A stretch of 63,640 nt of DNA, counting the filler, from Nitrospirae bacterium CG2_30_53_67 (GTDB lineage: Bacteria > CG2-30-53-67): the NCBI GenBank assembly GCA_001873285.1. It is 4 parts of 4 records of this genome, joined end to end, with 100 filler letters (N's around TTAATTAATTAA, not from the genome) between each part and the next. Parts side by side here need not be neighbours in the genome. Positions count along the whole stretch, not along the records: positions 1 to 18,455 come from MNYV01000060.1; positions 18,556 to 36,374 come from MNYV01000084.1; 2 more parts are not named here. One strand, written 5' to 3'. This document shows positions 9,318-18,746 of this stretch, piece after piece; the first letter of the stretch is position 1; every line of letters begins with the position of its first letter. The translations under genes and the position numbers were made by a program. The notes beneath the pieces are model-generated. The model saw only the letters and a list, made by a program, of their open reading frames with translations. It searched no databases and had not been told where the DNA came from.

Positions 9318-10481
9318 CTATACGGCCCCCTGTTCCTGCGGTTTGAGCAGCGAAAGCCCCTTCTTGGCATCCCTGTTCAAGGGATTGATCTTAAGGGCCC
9401 TGCTCCAGGCATCGAGAGCTTCTTCATATCGTTGCAGTTGATAGAGACTGTTGCCGAAGTTGGCATAGCCCATGGACTGATCCCGGCATCCCTGGTCAAG
9501 CGATTTCGAAAACATCTCGCTCGCTCTCTCGTAATCCATGGCCGTGTAATAAAGGAGGCCGAGATTGTTGTAGGCTTCGGCAAGGTCAGGCCGCAGAGAA
9601 AGCGCCTTCTTGAAGGCCTGCACCGCCTCTTCAGGACGGTCGAGTTCAGTATAGGCGAGCCCCAGATTATTAAAGGCCTCGGCATATTCAGGGTCACAGG
9701 CCACGGCCTTTTCAAAGGCAAGCGCCGAGGCCTCATGGGCCCCCTTGTAGAAGAAGACCACACCCTGGTTGTTGTGCTCCCTGGACTCTTCCTTTTTGCG
9801 GCGGACGACCTCTTCGGTTAGAAGCCGTTTCTGATCGTCATAGTACGATTCGATCTTGCGTTGTCCATCGGCAAGGGCTCTCATCTCTTCATGCGTCTTC
9901 CCCATGAGGGCCTCCATCTTCTCCACGGCCTCGCGGCGTCCGGCGCTCACCATGCTGTGAAGCTCTTCGCCCTGTCTCCATCCCTTTTCTATCTCCTTTT
10001 CCATGCTTTCCAGCCGGGCTTCGGACGCGGAGAGCGTCTCCTGAATCTTTCCGGAGAGCTTCTCATTTAGGGCCTTCACCTCTACTTGCAATGCCTGTAT
10101 GGAGAGATTCAAATCCCCTGAGAAAGCCTGAATAAGATCCTGGACCTTTCCGGAGAGTTCTCCGGGGATCTGACCGATCCGCTCTTGAATCACATCCTGC
10201 CTCCCCTTGATTTCCTCCTGATGGGCCCTGATCTCCCCGGATAATCCCGTCTGAAGGGCATCCAGCCCCGATTTGATCACCTGGAAAGAGGAGACGAAGT
10301 CAATCCGGTCCATGATGTTTCGGACCTCATGTATGGCTTCACTGTTGTGGTAGAGCGAGCATTTCTTCTTCTTGGCGTAAAACAGGCTGCATGCCTCTTC
10401 CAGGCAGGGCTGGCGCTCCCATTCCTCCAACCCGTTTTCGTTCTTTTTGGTCTGCTTGAGAATGATCGGACAGATGGTCAT
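9318..10481 (-). CDS. TPR protein with N-terminal 4-Cys motif and central coiled coil
   Basis: CP..C-x4-C-x9-C N-terminus, long helical heptad region, about 4 canonical TPRs (AEAFNNLG, AEAYNNLG, YANFG). Confidence 0.85.
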   Translation of the reverse strand: MTICPIILKQTKKNENGLEEWERQPCLEEACSLFYAKKKKCSLYHNSEAIHEVRNIMDRIDFVSSFQVIKSGLDALQTGLSGEIRAHQEEIKGRQDVIQERIGQIPGELSGKVQDLIQAFSGDLNLSIQALQVEVKALNEKLSGKIQETLSASEARLESMEKEIEKGWRQGEELHSMVSAGRREAVEKMEALMGKTHEEMRALADGQRKIESYYDDQKRLLTEEVVRRKKEESREHNNQGVVFFYKGAHEASALAFEKAVACDPEYAEAFNNLGLAYTELDRPEEAVQAFKKALSLRPDLAEAYNNLGLLYYTAMDYERASEMFSKSLDQGCRDQSMGYANFGNSLYQLQRYEEALDAWSRALKINPLNRDAKKGLSLLKPQEQGAV

Positions 10482-10590
10482 CTTACCCTCTCCAATAAAG
10501 GTTTCAAAAGCGAAGCGCCTTGAGCCCTCATATCCCTTTTTTTAGGACTCCCTGGCAACCCTGAACCGGACTGCCGCATCATCCTGCGGA

Positions 10591-13500
10591 TCAAGCGGCA
10601 GGGATCTTCAACCGGGTCTTCCCCATGAGCGGCCGTCTCTCTTTCAGGAGGGACTCCTCCATGAGGACGGCTGCGGATTCTTTCATCTTTTCATAAAGGA
10701 TAGGATCCGGGGACTCTTTAAGCGCCTGATCGAGAACCGACGCCGCCAGCAGAGGCTCACCGGCAGATTCCAGCAAATAAACCCGATGGCAGCGATCATC
10801 CTTATCCGAACATGCCTCGGCAAGGGCATAGTTCCCGGCCTGTTCATGGAAGTGCGCCCAGACGGCCCTGGTTTCTCCAGACTCTCGGGATGCTGTCTGA
10901 TGCCGGACTATCTCTTCAGCCCGATCTTGTCTGTCCAAAAGGACCAGGTGCGCGACAAGACGCTTGATCTCGTCTTGAGAAAGAGGTTTCCCGTGATCGG
11001 CGCGTGACTCAAGCTCTCTGACTTCAGATTGAATCCTCCCTAAGTTGAATTCATTCATCTTGGCGTAATAAGCCGCATTATCCCTGGAGAGATCCCTGGC
11101 CTGTTTCAGCATCTTCCCGGCCGATTCAAAATCCCCGGCCTTGTCCATCTGATCCGCGAGCCGGATCAGAAGCTGCACTCGCTCGCTTTCGCCGGATGCC
11201 GTTTTAAGCCCTTCCTGCAGGATCCTGATGCCGGATTCATACGCCCCCTTCATGGCAAACAGATCTCCAAGAAGGAGGTAAAGCGCCGCATCATGCAGCC
11301 CTTTCTCTTTTATCTGATGCAGGAAATCGATCCCGGCATCCATCTTCTCCGGATCCAGGAGGACCGACAGGCGCACGTCCTCAAAAGCGCCCTTCAGGTC
11401 GAGGAGGTTCAGCCGGCAGCGGCATCGCCCCAGCCTGGCATCCGCATGCGCATGGTCCCCGTCTTCTTCAATCAGGGCGGTAAAAAGTTTTTCTCCCTCC
11501 CCGGCTGAAGAGTGATCCAAGGCCAGGGCCCTTTCCATGGATCGGACTGAAGACCCCGGTTTCCCGGCCTTCAGGTAGCTCCATGCAAGAATTTTCAGGA
11601 TCTCGGCCTGGTCAGGAGCCGCCCCTGCAATCTCTTCCATCCTGCACAAAAGTTTCTCCCGGATTTCAGGATGGGCATCCCCGGATGAGGAGAGAAAAGA
11701 GAGCGCGGCTGCGGGGCGCCCCATCCGCACAAAGATCCTGCTGACGGCCCCATAGGCTGAGATCTCCGATGGATCGCAGGAGAGGATATCATGGCAGAAT
11801 TTGATCCCCTGTTCAGACAGGGAGGGGTCCATGCCCACGGCTCCGGCGATATGTTCTGCGGCCTTGGCATGCACTCCTGCCTTGAGATAGACCTTGCCGA
11901 TCTCAAGTTGAACACGGGCCATCTTCGGGTTCTTTTCTGCAATCCGGTTCAGAAGCCCGAGAATGACATCCGTATCCTGAGTATGCCTCTGGACCGCCTT
12001 CCAGAGCAGATCCAGCGCAGGCTCGTCTCTCCCCTCAAGGATATGGATCTCCGCCATGCCGAGGATCGGCGCAATCTGCATGGGGTGCTTTGCAGAGATA
12101 TGCAGCAGGTACTTCATGACCGTATCCCGGCTTTTCGGCAGTTCCCGGGCCAGGCGCATGAGGCAGGAGACCCCTTCCTCCACCCTGCCGCAGGCCGAAA
12201 GGACCGATCCCATGGCGAGCGATGCCTTGGCAAGAGAGGGGTGCAGGACAAGGACCTTTTCAAGCCTTTCGGCGATACCCTCGGCAAGCCCCGGCCGATC
12301 TCGATAAACCGGGGCAAGGGAGGTATCTTCCTTGAAGGCCTGGAAATAAAAAGTAACCGCGTCACTCAAGCGGCCCATCCCTTTGCAGGCATCCCCCATG
12401 GTCCGGTGAATGCACGCAATCTGAGGGGGTCTGAATACCTTCTCGAGTTTTTCCCCCTCTTTTAGGACCAGATCCAATGCCCCTCCCAGAAGGTAGGCTG
12501 AGAGAAGCCCCTGACTCAAAACCAGATTGCCCGGAGATCGGACGAGCCTATCCCGGTACGACTCGATCACCTTGCCTGCCGATTCGGGATGAGCGCATAA
12601 ATGCCGGTTCAGGGTCTCCGAGGTTTCCTGGTATCTCTCCATTCTGAAATAGAATTCGGCCAGCCCGAAGACAAGCGAATCCTCTTCCGGGAAGCGATTC
12701 AGCCACTCCTTGATGAGCCCTTCCAGGACCTGGAATTGACCCGGGCTCTCAAGGGCGCAGCCGATGAGACGCTCGACCGCCTCCTGAAAATCCTCCCCTG
12801 CTGCAGCAGCCTCGGCCCAGACCAGGCGGGCTGCAGGATCACACACCCCTTTGCCCTCCAGTTCGGCAAAGAGCTTCCGGACATCCGAATGGATCTCAGG
12901 GCTCCTTCTCAGGAGCATGGATATCGGGTGAAGGGTCTCATGAAGCAGGCCGGGCGCCCTGGACAGGGCCTGATTCAGCGACTGAAAGGCCTCCCGGTCC
13001 CGCCCGAGGGCCATCAAGACCTCGGCTTCTGCAACCCGGGCCAGCGGAAGGGACTCATCGGCCTTGAGAAGCGCATTCAGCATCGGCGCCGCCCGCCCGG
13101 CCTGGCCGGGCGCAAGCCGGATGAACCGCCGGATCAGAACCAGCGGCCGTTCCGCTTCGGGATGGTTCAGGCAGAGTTCAGCAAGAAAAATGACCAGTTC
13201 AGGATCCTCAAAATGATCCTGCAGAAGCGGCATGGCCTTTTCAAAGACGACGTCTGCCTGTGAGGGATCGGCCTTAACGATCCTTCTCATCTGGTTGATG
13301 GATGCGGCCAGGTCCCCTTGATTCAGACAGAGATCACCCAAGACCCGTGCGGCTTCTATATTTTCCGGGTCGAGTCCGATCAGACGCTGGAAACGCCCCA
13401 TGAGCAGACCCGTCTCCACCCTTCCGTTCAGGCCCGTATAGACCTTCGAGGCCTCGGCAAAACGATTCGATTCAACCAGAACGTCCCCAAGAAATAAAAT

Positions 13501-14409
13501 GAGATCCTCGGCCCCTTTAGAGGATGGATCAACCTTTTTGAGCCGTTCGATGATCCCGGACCGAAAGGCGGGGTCTTGGATCTTCTTAAGGGCATCCGCC
13601 CCTTTTGTCCATTCTCCTTTAGCGAGGCAGGCCTTCCCCATGAGCCAACAGCCCCGAGGCCCGCCATCCGAGTTCATAAATCTTTGGATGACGTAAGAGG
13701 CGGATTCAGGATCGAGGTCCAGGGCCTTTTCATAATATCCGGCGGATTTTTCCGGGTCCTCTTCCCATAAAAGATCCCCCATATAAAGGAAAGGCCCTGC
13801 ATGATTTCGGATATGCGTTAGGATGTTTTCCAAACGAGGGTGGATCAGGGGCCATTCTTCCCTTCGAACCTTGAGGATTTCGGTATAAGACTCAAAGGCT
13901 GCCTCAAAGGATTGACGGTGTTCCTGGATCAACCCCGCGGTATAGCCGAGATCCGCAATCATCATAGAACTCTTCTCATCCGAGGCTATCTTCCGGAGTT
14001 CTGCGATCCGGTTCCGTGTCCGGTCCAGGATCCGCGTGAGAACAGCGCCGTCCGCCTCGCCGATCACCTTGAAGGCCTCATTCAGATCTCTAAGGTGGAT
14101 CAGGATCTCCAGGCGAAGCTCCATGAAATCCGACCGATTGACACCGTCAGGGGGGGCATTCAAAAGGTCAAGGATCTCCCGGACCTTTCCCGGATGGGCC
14201 TTAAACGCCTTCCGGTACTCCCTCAGGGCGGACTGAGGTTCATGGGTCAGACAAAAAAGCTCCGCTGCGCCAAGAAGAAGATCGAGGTTCTTGGGATCCT
14301 TTTTTAACGGGGCCTCAAAGATCTGGACGGCCTTGTCATACTCTCCCTTCTCAAAGAGCTTCCTGGATTTTTCAATAATCTTCTCGGTCGAGTAGAATGT
14401 CTCAAACAT
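10591..14409 (-). CDS. Large (1272 aa) TPR/alpha-solenoid protein
   Basis: Degenerate TPR-like units throughout (e.g. YEKALDLDP, ARVLGDL, AVGMDP, ALYLLLGDLF); no signal peptide or catalytic motif seen. Confidence 0.8.
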   Translation of the reverse strand: MFETFYSTEKIIEKSRKLFEKGEYDKAVQIFEAPLKKDPKNLDLLLGAAELFCLTHEPQSALREYRKAFKAHPGKVREILDLLNAPPDGVNRSDFMELRLEILIHLRDLNEAFKVIGEADGAVLTRILDRTRNRIAELRKIASDEKSSMMIADLGYTAGLIQEHRQSFEAAFESYTEILKVRREEWPLIHPRLENILTHIRNHAGPFLYMGDLLWEEDPEKSAGYYEKALDLDPESASYVIQRFMNSDGGPRGCWLMGKACLAKGEWTKGADALKKIQDPAFRSGIIERLKKVDPSSKGAEDLILFLGDVLVESNRFAEASKVYTGLNGRVETGLLMGRFQRLIGLDPENIEAARVLGDLCLNQGDLAASINQMRRIVKADPSQADVVFEKAMPLLQDHFEDPELVIFLAELCLNHPEAERPLVLIRRFIRLAPGQAGRAAPMLNALLKADESLPLARVAEAEVLMALGRDREAFQSLNQALSRAPGLLHETLHPISMLLRRSPEIHSDVRKLFAELEGKGVCDPAARLVWAEAAAAGEDFQEAVERLIGCALESPGQFQVLEGLIKEWLNRFPEEDSLVFGLAEFYFRMERYQETSETLNRHLCAHPESAGKVIESYRDRLVRSPGNLVLSQGLLSAYLLGGALDLVLKEGEKLEKVFRPPQIACIHRTMGDACKGMGRLSDAVTFYFQAFKEDTSLAPVYRDRPGLAEGIAERLEKVLVLHPSLAKASLAMGSVLSACGRVEEGVSCLMRLARELPKSRDTVMKYLLHISAKHPMQIAPILGMAEIHILEGRDEPALDLLWKAVQRHTQDTDVILGLLNRIAEKNPKMARVQLEIGKVYLKAGVHAKAAEHIAGAVGMDPSLSEQGIKFCHDILSCDPSEISAYGAVSRIFVRMGRPAAALSFLSSSGDAHPEIREKLLCRMEEIAGAAPDQAEILKILAWSYLKAGKPGSSVRSMERALALDHSSAGEGEKLFTALIEEDGDHAHADARLGRCRCRLNLLDLKGAFEDVRLSVLLDPEKMDAGIDFLHQIKEKGLHDAALYLLLGDLFAMKGAYESGIRILQEGLKTASGESERVQLLIRLADQMDKAGDFESAGKMLKQARDLSRDNAAYYAKMNEFNLGRIQSEVRELESRADHGKPLSQDEIKRLVAHLVLLDRQDRAEEIVRHQTASRESGETRAVWAHFHEQAGNYALAEACSDKDDRCHRVYLLESAGEPLLAASVLDQALKESPDPILYEKMKESAAVLMEESLLKERRPLMGKTRLKIPAA

Positions 14410-14463
14410 AGAGGGATAAAATCCTTGAGAATGAAAAATATATGCCTTGTATGACTTATATTC

Positions 14464-14493
14464 AGTATAACTTGTCCCAATTTTTTATGTCAA
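14464..14493 (-). promoter_or_regulatory. Putative sigma70 promoter of the TPR operon
   Basis: Minus strand TTGACA-18 bp-TATACT, about 55 bp upstream of the ATG. Confidence 0.55.
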
Positions 14494-14705
14494 TTTTTTT
14501 TATACATTCCCATGTCCGCCGTAATCAAACAGGATCCGCCTTGCGCGCTTGACAATAACCCGGCATGATGGTTTATTCTTTCAAGTACGCATCAAAGATG
14601 CATCAAACGCCCAAACGCCCATAAACATTTTTTCAGGATCTTTTCAATAAACTATTTATTTTCGAGTAATTCTTAGATTTCATGAGGAATGAAAGGAGCC
14701 TTCCG

Positions 14706-15710
14706 ATGCTCGCCCTGAAAATCGTTTTCTCCATCCTCTTTTTGCTCGTTTCTTCGAATCTTAGCGCCTATTGCGAACCATACAAACTCGCCATTCCCCT
14801 CGGTCTGACTGAACCGGCGATCCCTGAAAACAATCCCATGACCGTGGAGAAGATCGCCTTGGGGAAAAAGCTCTATTTTGACAAAAGGCTTTCCGCGGAC
14901 GATACCGTGGCCTGTTCCAACTGCCATGACCCCAAACTCGGGTTTGCCGATGCCTTGCCGACATCGGCAGGCATACGCGGACAGTTCGGCCCACGCAACG
15001 CCCCCACGGTCCTGAACTCGGCCTTTTACGACCTTCAATTCTGGGACGGGCGCGTCCCTTCTCTTGAGGATCAGGCCAAGGGGCCGATCATCAACCCCGT
15101 GGAGATGGGGATGGCTTCGCACGACGATCTGGTGAAAAAACTGAAGGGGATCCCCGAATATGTGAAGGACTTTCAGGCGGTCTTCGGGGCAGAGATCACC
15201 ATCGACCGGATCGTTCAGGCCATCGCCGCCTTTGAAAGGACCCTGATCTCCGGCAACTCCCCATTCGACCGGTTCTTCTACAACAGCGAATCCGATGCCA
15301 TCAGCGAGCCGGCAAAAAAGGGGCTCCTGGTCTTCCGGGGCAAAGGCCGGTGTCTCAACTGTCACGACTTCAACCCCATCTATGCGCTCTTCACGGACAA
15401 CAAGTTCCACAATATCGGGGTCGGCATGGACAAGGCCGAACCTGATCCGGGCAGATTCAAGGTCACCGGCAATTCCGCTGACCAAGGGGCCTTCAAGACC
15501 TCCACGCTTCGCAATATCGCGCTGACGGCGCCCTATATGCACGACGGAAGCCAGAAGACCCTTGAGGAGGTGGTGGAGTTTTACAATCAAGGCGGCCATA
15601 AAAATCCTTATCTTGACGGGGGAATCGTCCCCTTGAATCTCACCGATCAGGAAAAGAAGGATCTCGTGGAATTTTTGAAATCTCTCACTGGAGAATTGCC
15701 GAAGCTTTAA
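14706..15710 (+). CDS. Diheme cytochrome c peroxidase/MauG-family protein
   Basis: Signal peptide, LGKKLYFDKRLS, CSNCH, RNAPTV, QFWDGR, NPVEM, CLNCH, LRNIALTAPYMHDGS, VVEFY. Start chosen from the AGGAG RBS (alternative 14682). Confidence 0.92.
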   Translation: MLALKIVFSILFLLVSSNLSAYCEPYKLAIPLGLTEPAIPENNPMTVEKIALGKKLYFDKRLSADDTVACSNCHDPKLGFADALPTSAGIRGQFGPRNAPTVLNSAFYDLQFWDGRVPSLEDQAKGPIINPVEMGMASHDDLVKKLKGIPEYVKDFQAVFGAEITIDRIVQAIAAFERTLISGNSPFDRFFYNSESDAISEPAKKGLLVFRGKGRCLNCHDFNPIYALFTDNKFHNIGVGMDKAEPDPGRFKVTGNSADQGAFKTSTLRNIALTAPYMHDGSQKTLEEVVEFYNQGGHKNPYLDGGIVPLNLTDQEKKDLVEFLKSLTGELPKL

Positions 15711-15734
15711 CCGTCTTTATACAGGAGGTGCCGC

Positions 15735-16796
15735 ATGGATTCGAACAAAAAAAACGGAATGACCCGGAGAGAACTTTTGAGAACCGGAACGGGCGCCGCA
15801 GCCGTGACACTGCTGGCGGGGATCTCGCCTTTCGGACTGGTCAGGGCGGCCTTCGGAGAAGAGAAAGCAGAGCCCTTCACCTTTGCCTATCTTTCAGATG
15901 CCCACTTGTATGTGAAAAACATCAACCAGAAGTTCGTGGATGCCTTGGTTAAGGGGGTGCAGAATGTCAACGACATGAACCCGGCCCCGGATTTCGTCTT
16001 CTTCGGCGGGGATTTGGCCCAGCTCGGCCACCCCGACGAGCTCAAGCTCGGGAAAGAAATCCTTTCCGATCTCAAACCCAAGCTCCATATCATGGTCGGG
16101 GAGCACGACTGGTACCGAGATATGGGAGAGACCTGGAAGACACTCTTCGGACCGGACCGATATTCCTTTGACCATAAGGGGATTCACTTCGTGGTCTTGA
16201 ACAGCGTGATCGTCAAGGACTATTGGACACCGAACAAGATGACGCCGGAGCAGAGGATGCTGGCCATGGCCCAGTTGGACAATCCCAAGGGCGAGGCCTT
16301 CACCGTAGGCGAAGAACAGCGTGATTGGCTGCAAACGGATCTAAAGAAGGTCAAGAGTGAGACCCCTGTGGTGGTCTTTTCCCATTCTCCCCTCTACAAG
16401 CTTTACCGTCCCTGGAATTTCTGGACCGACGATGCCGAGGAAGTCCGGAAGCTCCTCTCCCGATTCAAGACCGTCACGGTCTTTCATGGGCATACACACC
16501 AAGTCCTGACCAACCGGATCGGCAACATCACCTTCCACGGTTTTCTTTCCACGTCCTGGCCCTGGCCCTATGCCCCGAAAGGCACGCCGGAACTGACCCT
16601 GCAGATGGACCGTCCGGACCCGTTCTTCTCCACGGACGGCTGCGGCTGGGGGATCATCGACATGCTCGGCTCCGGGCAGGCGGACAAGACCTATGAACCC
16701 TGGAACCGCAGCCCCATGAAAGTCACTTACGAAGAGATTGCCTCAGGGAAATGGCCCCCGGCCTATCCCCAAGGCTCCAGCGGTCCGTCTTATTAA
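15735..16796 (+). CDS. Tat-exported calcineurin-like metallophosphoesterase
   Basis: TRRELL twin-arginine signal; DAH, GGDL, GEHD, FSH, HGHTH metal motifs. Confidence 0.9.
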   Translation: MDSNKKNGMTRRELLRTGTGAAAVTLLAGISPFGLVRAAFGEEKAEPFTFAYLSDAHLYVKNINQKFVDALVKGVQNVNDMNPAPDFVFFGGDLAQLGHPDELKLGKEILSDLKPKLHIMVGEHDWYRDMGETWKTLFGPDRYSFDHKGIHFVVLNSVIVKDYWTPNKMTPEQRMLAMAQLDNPKGEAFTVGEEQRDWLQTDLKKVKSETPVVVFSHSPLYKLYRPWNFWTDDAEEVRKLLSRFKTVTVFHGHTHQVLTNRIGNITFHGFLSTSWPWPYAPKGTPELTLQMDRPDPFFSTDGCGWGIIDMLGSGQADKTYEPWNRSPMKVTYEEIASGKWPPAYPQGSSGPSY

Positions 16797-16825
16797 TGAT
16801 TAAACGGGATAAAGGAGGAATCGGC

Positions 16826-17251
16826 ATGACTATAAAAAAAGGGATCCTGACCAGCTTATGCATCACCGCACTGATCGTCTTCGCAGGGTATACCGGCATT
16901 GTCTTCGCCCACGGCCAACCCCACTCAGCGCAGGATCTAAAGCTCTTTGAAATGGCCTACCAAAAGGCCGTGGACCAGGGGTATAAGATCTTCCACGATG
17001 CCAAGCTGGGAACCACGGGGCAGTCCTGCGACATGTGCCATCCGGATGCGGCCAATACGCATCCTGAGACCTATCCCAAGTACCAAACACAGATCAAGAA
17101 GGTCATCGGACTTCGGGACATGATCAACTGGTGCATTCTCAACCCGCTCAAGGGAAAAGAGCTCGCCCCGGACAGCGAAGAGATGATCGCCCTGGAGGCC
17201 TATATCACGAACCAGAGAAAAGGGACTCCCCTTGCTCCGGGAAAACATTGA
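16826..17251 (+). CDS. Monoheme cytochrome c with a SoxA/TsdA-like domain
   Basis: Signal peptide, CDMCH, then YPKY...LRDMINWC...LKG...S.E..ALEAYI; GGAGG RBS before ATG 16826. Confidence 0.8.
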   Translation: MTIKKGILTSLCITALIVFAGYTGIVFAHGQPHSAQDLKLFEMAYQKAVDQGYKIFHDAKLGTTGQSCDMCHPDAANTHPETYPKYQTQIKKVIGLRDMINWCILNPLKGKELAPDSEEMIALEAYITNQRKGTPLAPGKH

Positions 17252-17270
17252 ACCGGTTCATGACGGCTTC

Positions 17271-17301
17271 GCAGGGAGGGGAATGACCCTCCCTGCTGTT
17301 T
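17271..17301 (+). terminator. Putative intrinsic terminator
   Basis: GCAGGGAGGG/CCCTCCCTGC 10-bp stem followed by TGTTT, 20 bp after the operon. Confidence 0.6.
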
Positions 17302-17588
17302 CTGCCCGAAGCCGCGCTCAACCCCTTAATCTTCCCGCTCTCCGGAAAGAATTGAGAAAAGAATTAGGAAAAGAATTAGGGTCAGACACCGATTCTGCAC
17401 CATGAATCTCCGTCGTGGGCACTGATTCCTTTGTCAATAATAAATAAACGATCCCTTTGACAACACCTTCTCCTCAACGAGCCATCGGCAAACGGCCAAT
17501 CAACGCCTTCGTCTTATTACACTTCTGGTTCCGCTAAATAGAACCGTCACCTTTCCCATTTCCCAGTCTATACTTTTCAAATGAACTT

Positions 17589-17912
17589 CTACTTCAGACC
17601 CAATTGAATTTTGATCGCTTCCCCAACTTTATACATGTCATTACCGGAAATAACACCAATCCGCTTGGACAAGCGCATTTTACTAACGGTGGCCATCTGG
17701 TCTGCCATTGCCTTACTCTGCTTTCCATGAATCATGACGTAAGCTTCACTTGGGTATAGTCTATCCACGTTGCTCGTGAGAGGGATTACCTGAACACGAT
17801 TGAGGAAGTTATTAGAGGCATCATTACTGACGATGACGGCAGGACGCTTTTTTCGAATTTCCCAGCCTATTGAAGGATCAAAATTCACCCACCACACTTC
17901 ACCTCTTTTCAT
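17589..17912 (-). CDS. PemK/MazF-family endoribonuclease toxin
   Basis: [31 protein letters not shown]...VIPLTS...SKAMADQ; start overlaps the antitoxin end. Confidence 0.93.
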   Translation of the reverse strand: MKRGEVWWVNFDPSIGWEIRKKRPAVIVSNDASNNFLNRVQVIPLTSNVDRLYPSEAYVMIHGKQSKAMADQMATVSKMRLSKRIGVISGNDMYKVGEAIKIQLGLK

Positions 17913-18129
17913 GAACGCTATCTCCAAATGTTGCTTCGGCCCATTCGAGCGCTTCCTTTTCTCGAGACTTATCCTTCGACATCTCTTTGTAAGCTGCTTC
18001 GAGTTCATGTTTAACTACATGAGGGCGGACCAGGTCTTCTACAAATCTGCTGATTTTTCCTGGACCAATAACCTTGTGAAGGCCTGTATAGACTTCTTCA
18101 TCAATGGTGATGGTTAATTTCTTCTGCAT
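17899..18129 (-). CDS. Type II antitoxin cognate to the MazF toxin
   Basis: 76 aa, [14 protein letters not shown] (RHH-like) and [16 protein letters not shown]; overlaps the toxin by 14 bp. Confidence 0.85.
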   Translation of the reverse strand: MQKKLTITIDEEVYTGLHKVIGPGKISRFVEDLVRPHVVKHELEAAYKEMSKDKSREKEALEWAEATFGDSVHEKR

Positions 18130-18149
18130 GATGATCCCTCCACTCTAAA

Positions 18150-18187
18150 TACACGTATATAATACGTGTAGAAGTGCTTTATGTCAA
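18150..18187 (-). promoter_or_regulatory. TA operon promoter with a palindromic operator
   Basis: TTGACA-17 bp-TATTAT on the minus strand; perfect palindrome TACACGTAT-ata-ATACGTGTA (18150-18170) over the -10. Confidence 0.75.
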
Positions 18188-18196
18188 GACATTTTA

Positions 18197-18398
18197 AAAA
18201 TAGGGACAGCGCCCATTTATTCCTTTCCCTTCTGGCGTATTGGAAGCCCTCGCCATGGAATCGAACTCCATCGGCACTGCGATGAAGTGAATGTGGTTTC
18301 TCATGAGCAGTATATCTTTAGTGAATATTTGCTGATGTATGTCTTGAGCCAGTCAAAATGGATGTGAAGTCAGTTTAAATGGGCGCTGTCCCTATTTT
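18197..18398 (-). pseudogene. Internally deleted RAYT/IS200-like (Y1 HUH) transposase remnant between perfect 23-bp inverted repeats
   Basis: IRs AAAATAGGGACAGCGCCCATTTA (18197-18219; reverse complement at 18376-18398); minus-strand translation DWLKTYISKYSLKIYC / LMRNHIHFIAVP...DSMARA with one frameshift. Confidence 0.7.
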
Positions 18399-18455
18399 CT
18401 GCCCATATTTACGAACAGGACCACTTGGGCGTCACGTGGATGTAAATCGCAGCAT

Positions 18456-18555
18456 NNNNNNNNNNNNNNNNNNNNNNNNNNNNNNNNNNNNNNNNNNNNT
18501 TAATTAATTAANNNNNNNNNNNNNNNNNNNNNNNNNNNNNNNNNNNNNNNNNNNN
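18456..18555. other. Artificial contig linker
   Basis: N-run with a TTAATTAATTAA six-frame stop; tuf is cut at its right edge. Confidence 0.98.
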
Positions 18556-18612
18556 ACCGATGGTCCCAATGTTCACATGAGGCTTCGTCCGTTCAAATTT
18601 AGCCTTCGCCAT
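18556..18612 (-). CDS. tuf: Elongation factor Tu, N-terminal 19 codons (truncated by contig end)
   Basis: MAKAKFERTKPHVNIGTIG; AGGAGG RBS; downstream of Thr-Tyr-Gly-Thr tRNAs. Confidence 0.95.
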
Positions 18613-18658
18613 GGATCTCCCTCCTTTTCTGAGAAACGAATTTCAAATTCACTGTATC

Positions 18659-18735
18659 TGGAGCCCACGACCGGGATCGAACCGGTGAACCTCATCCTTA
18701 CCAAGGATGCGCTCTACCGACTGAGCTACGTGGGC
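18659..18735 (-). tRNA. tRNA-Thr(GGT)
   Basis: Cloverleaf; anticodon arm CATCC-TTGGTAA-GGATG; encoded CCA. Confidence 0.96.
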
Positions 18736-18746
18736 GCTCCGCAAAG

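Noticed and set aside
18500..18511. TTAATTAATTAA palindromes (three in the window)
   Set aside because: Six-frame stop linker added during contig concatenation.
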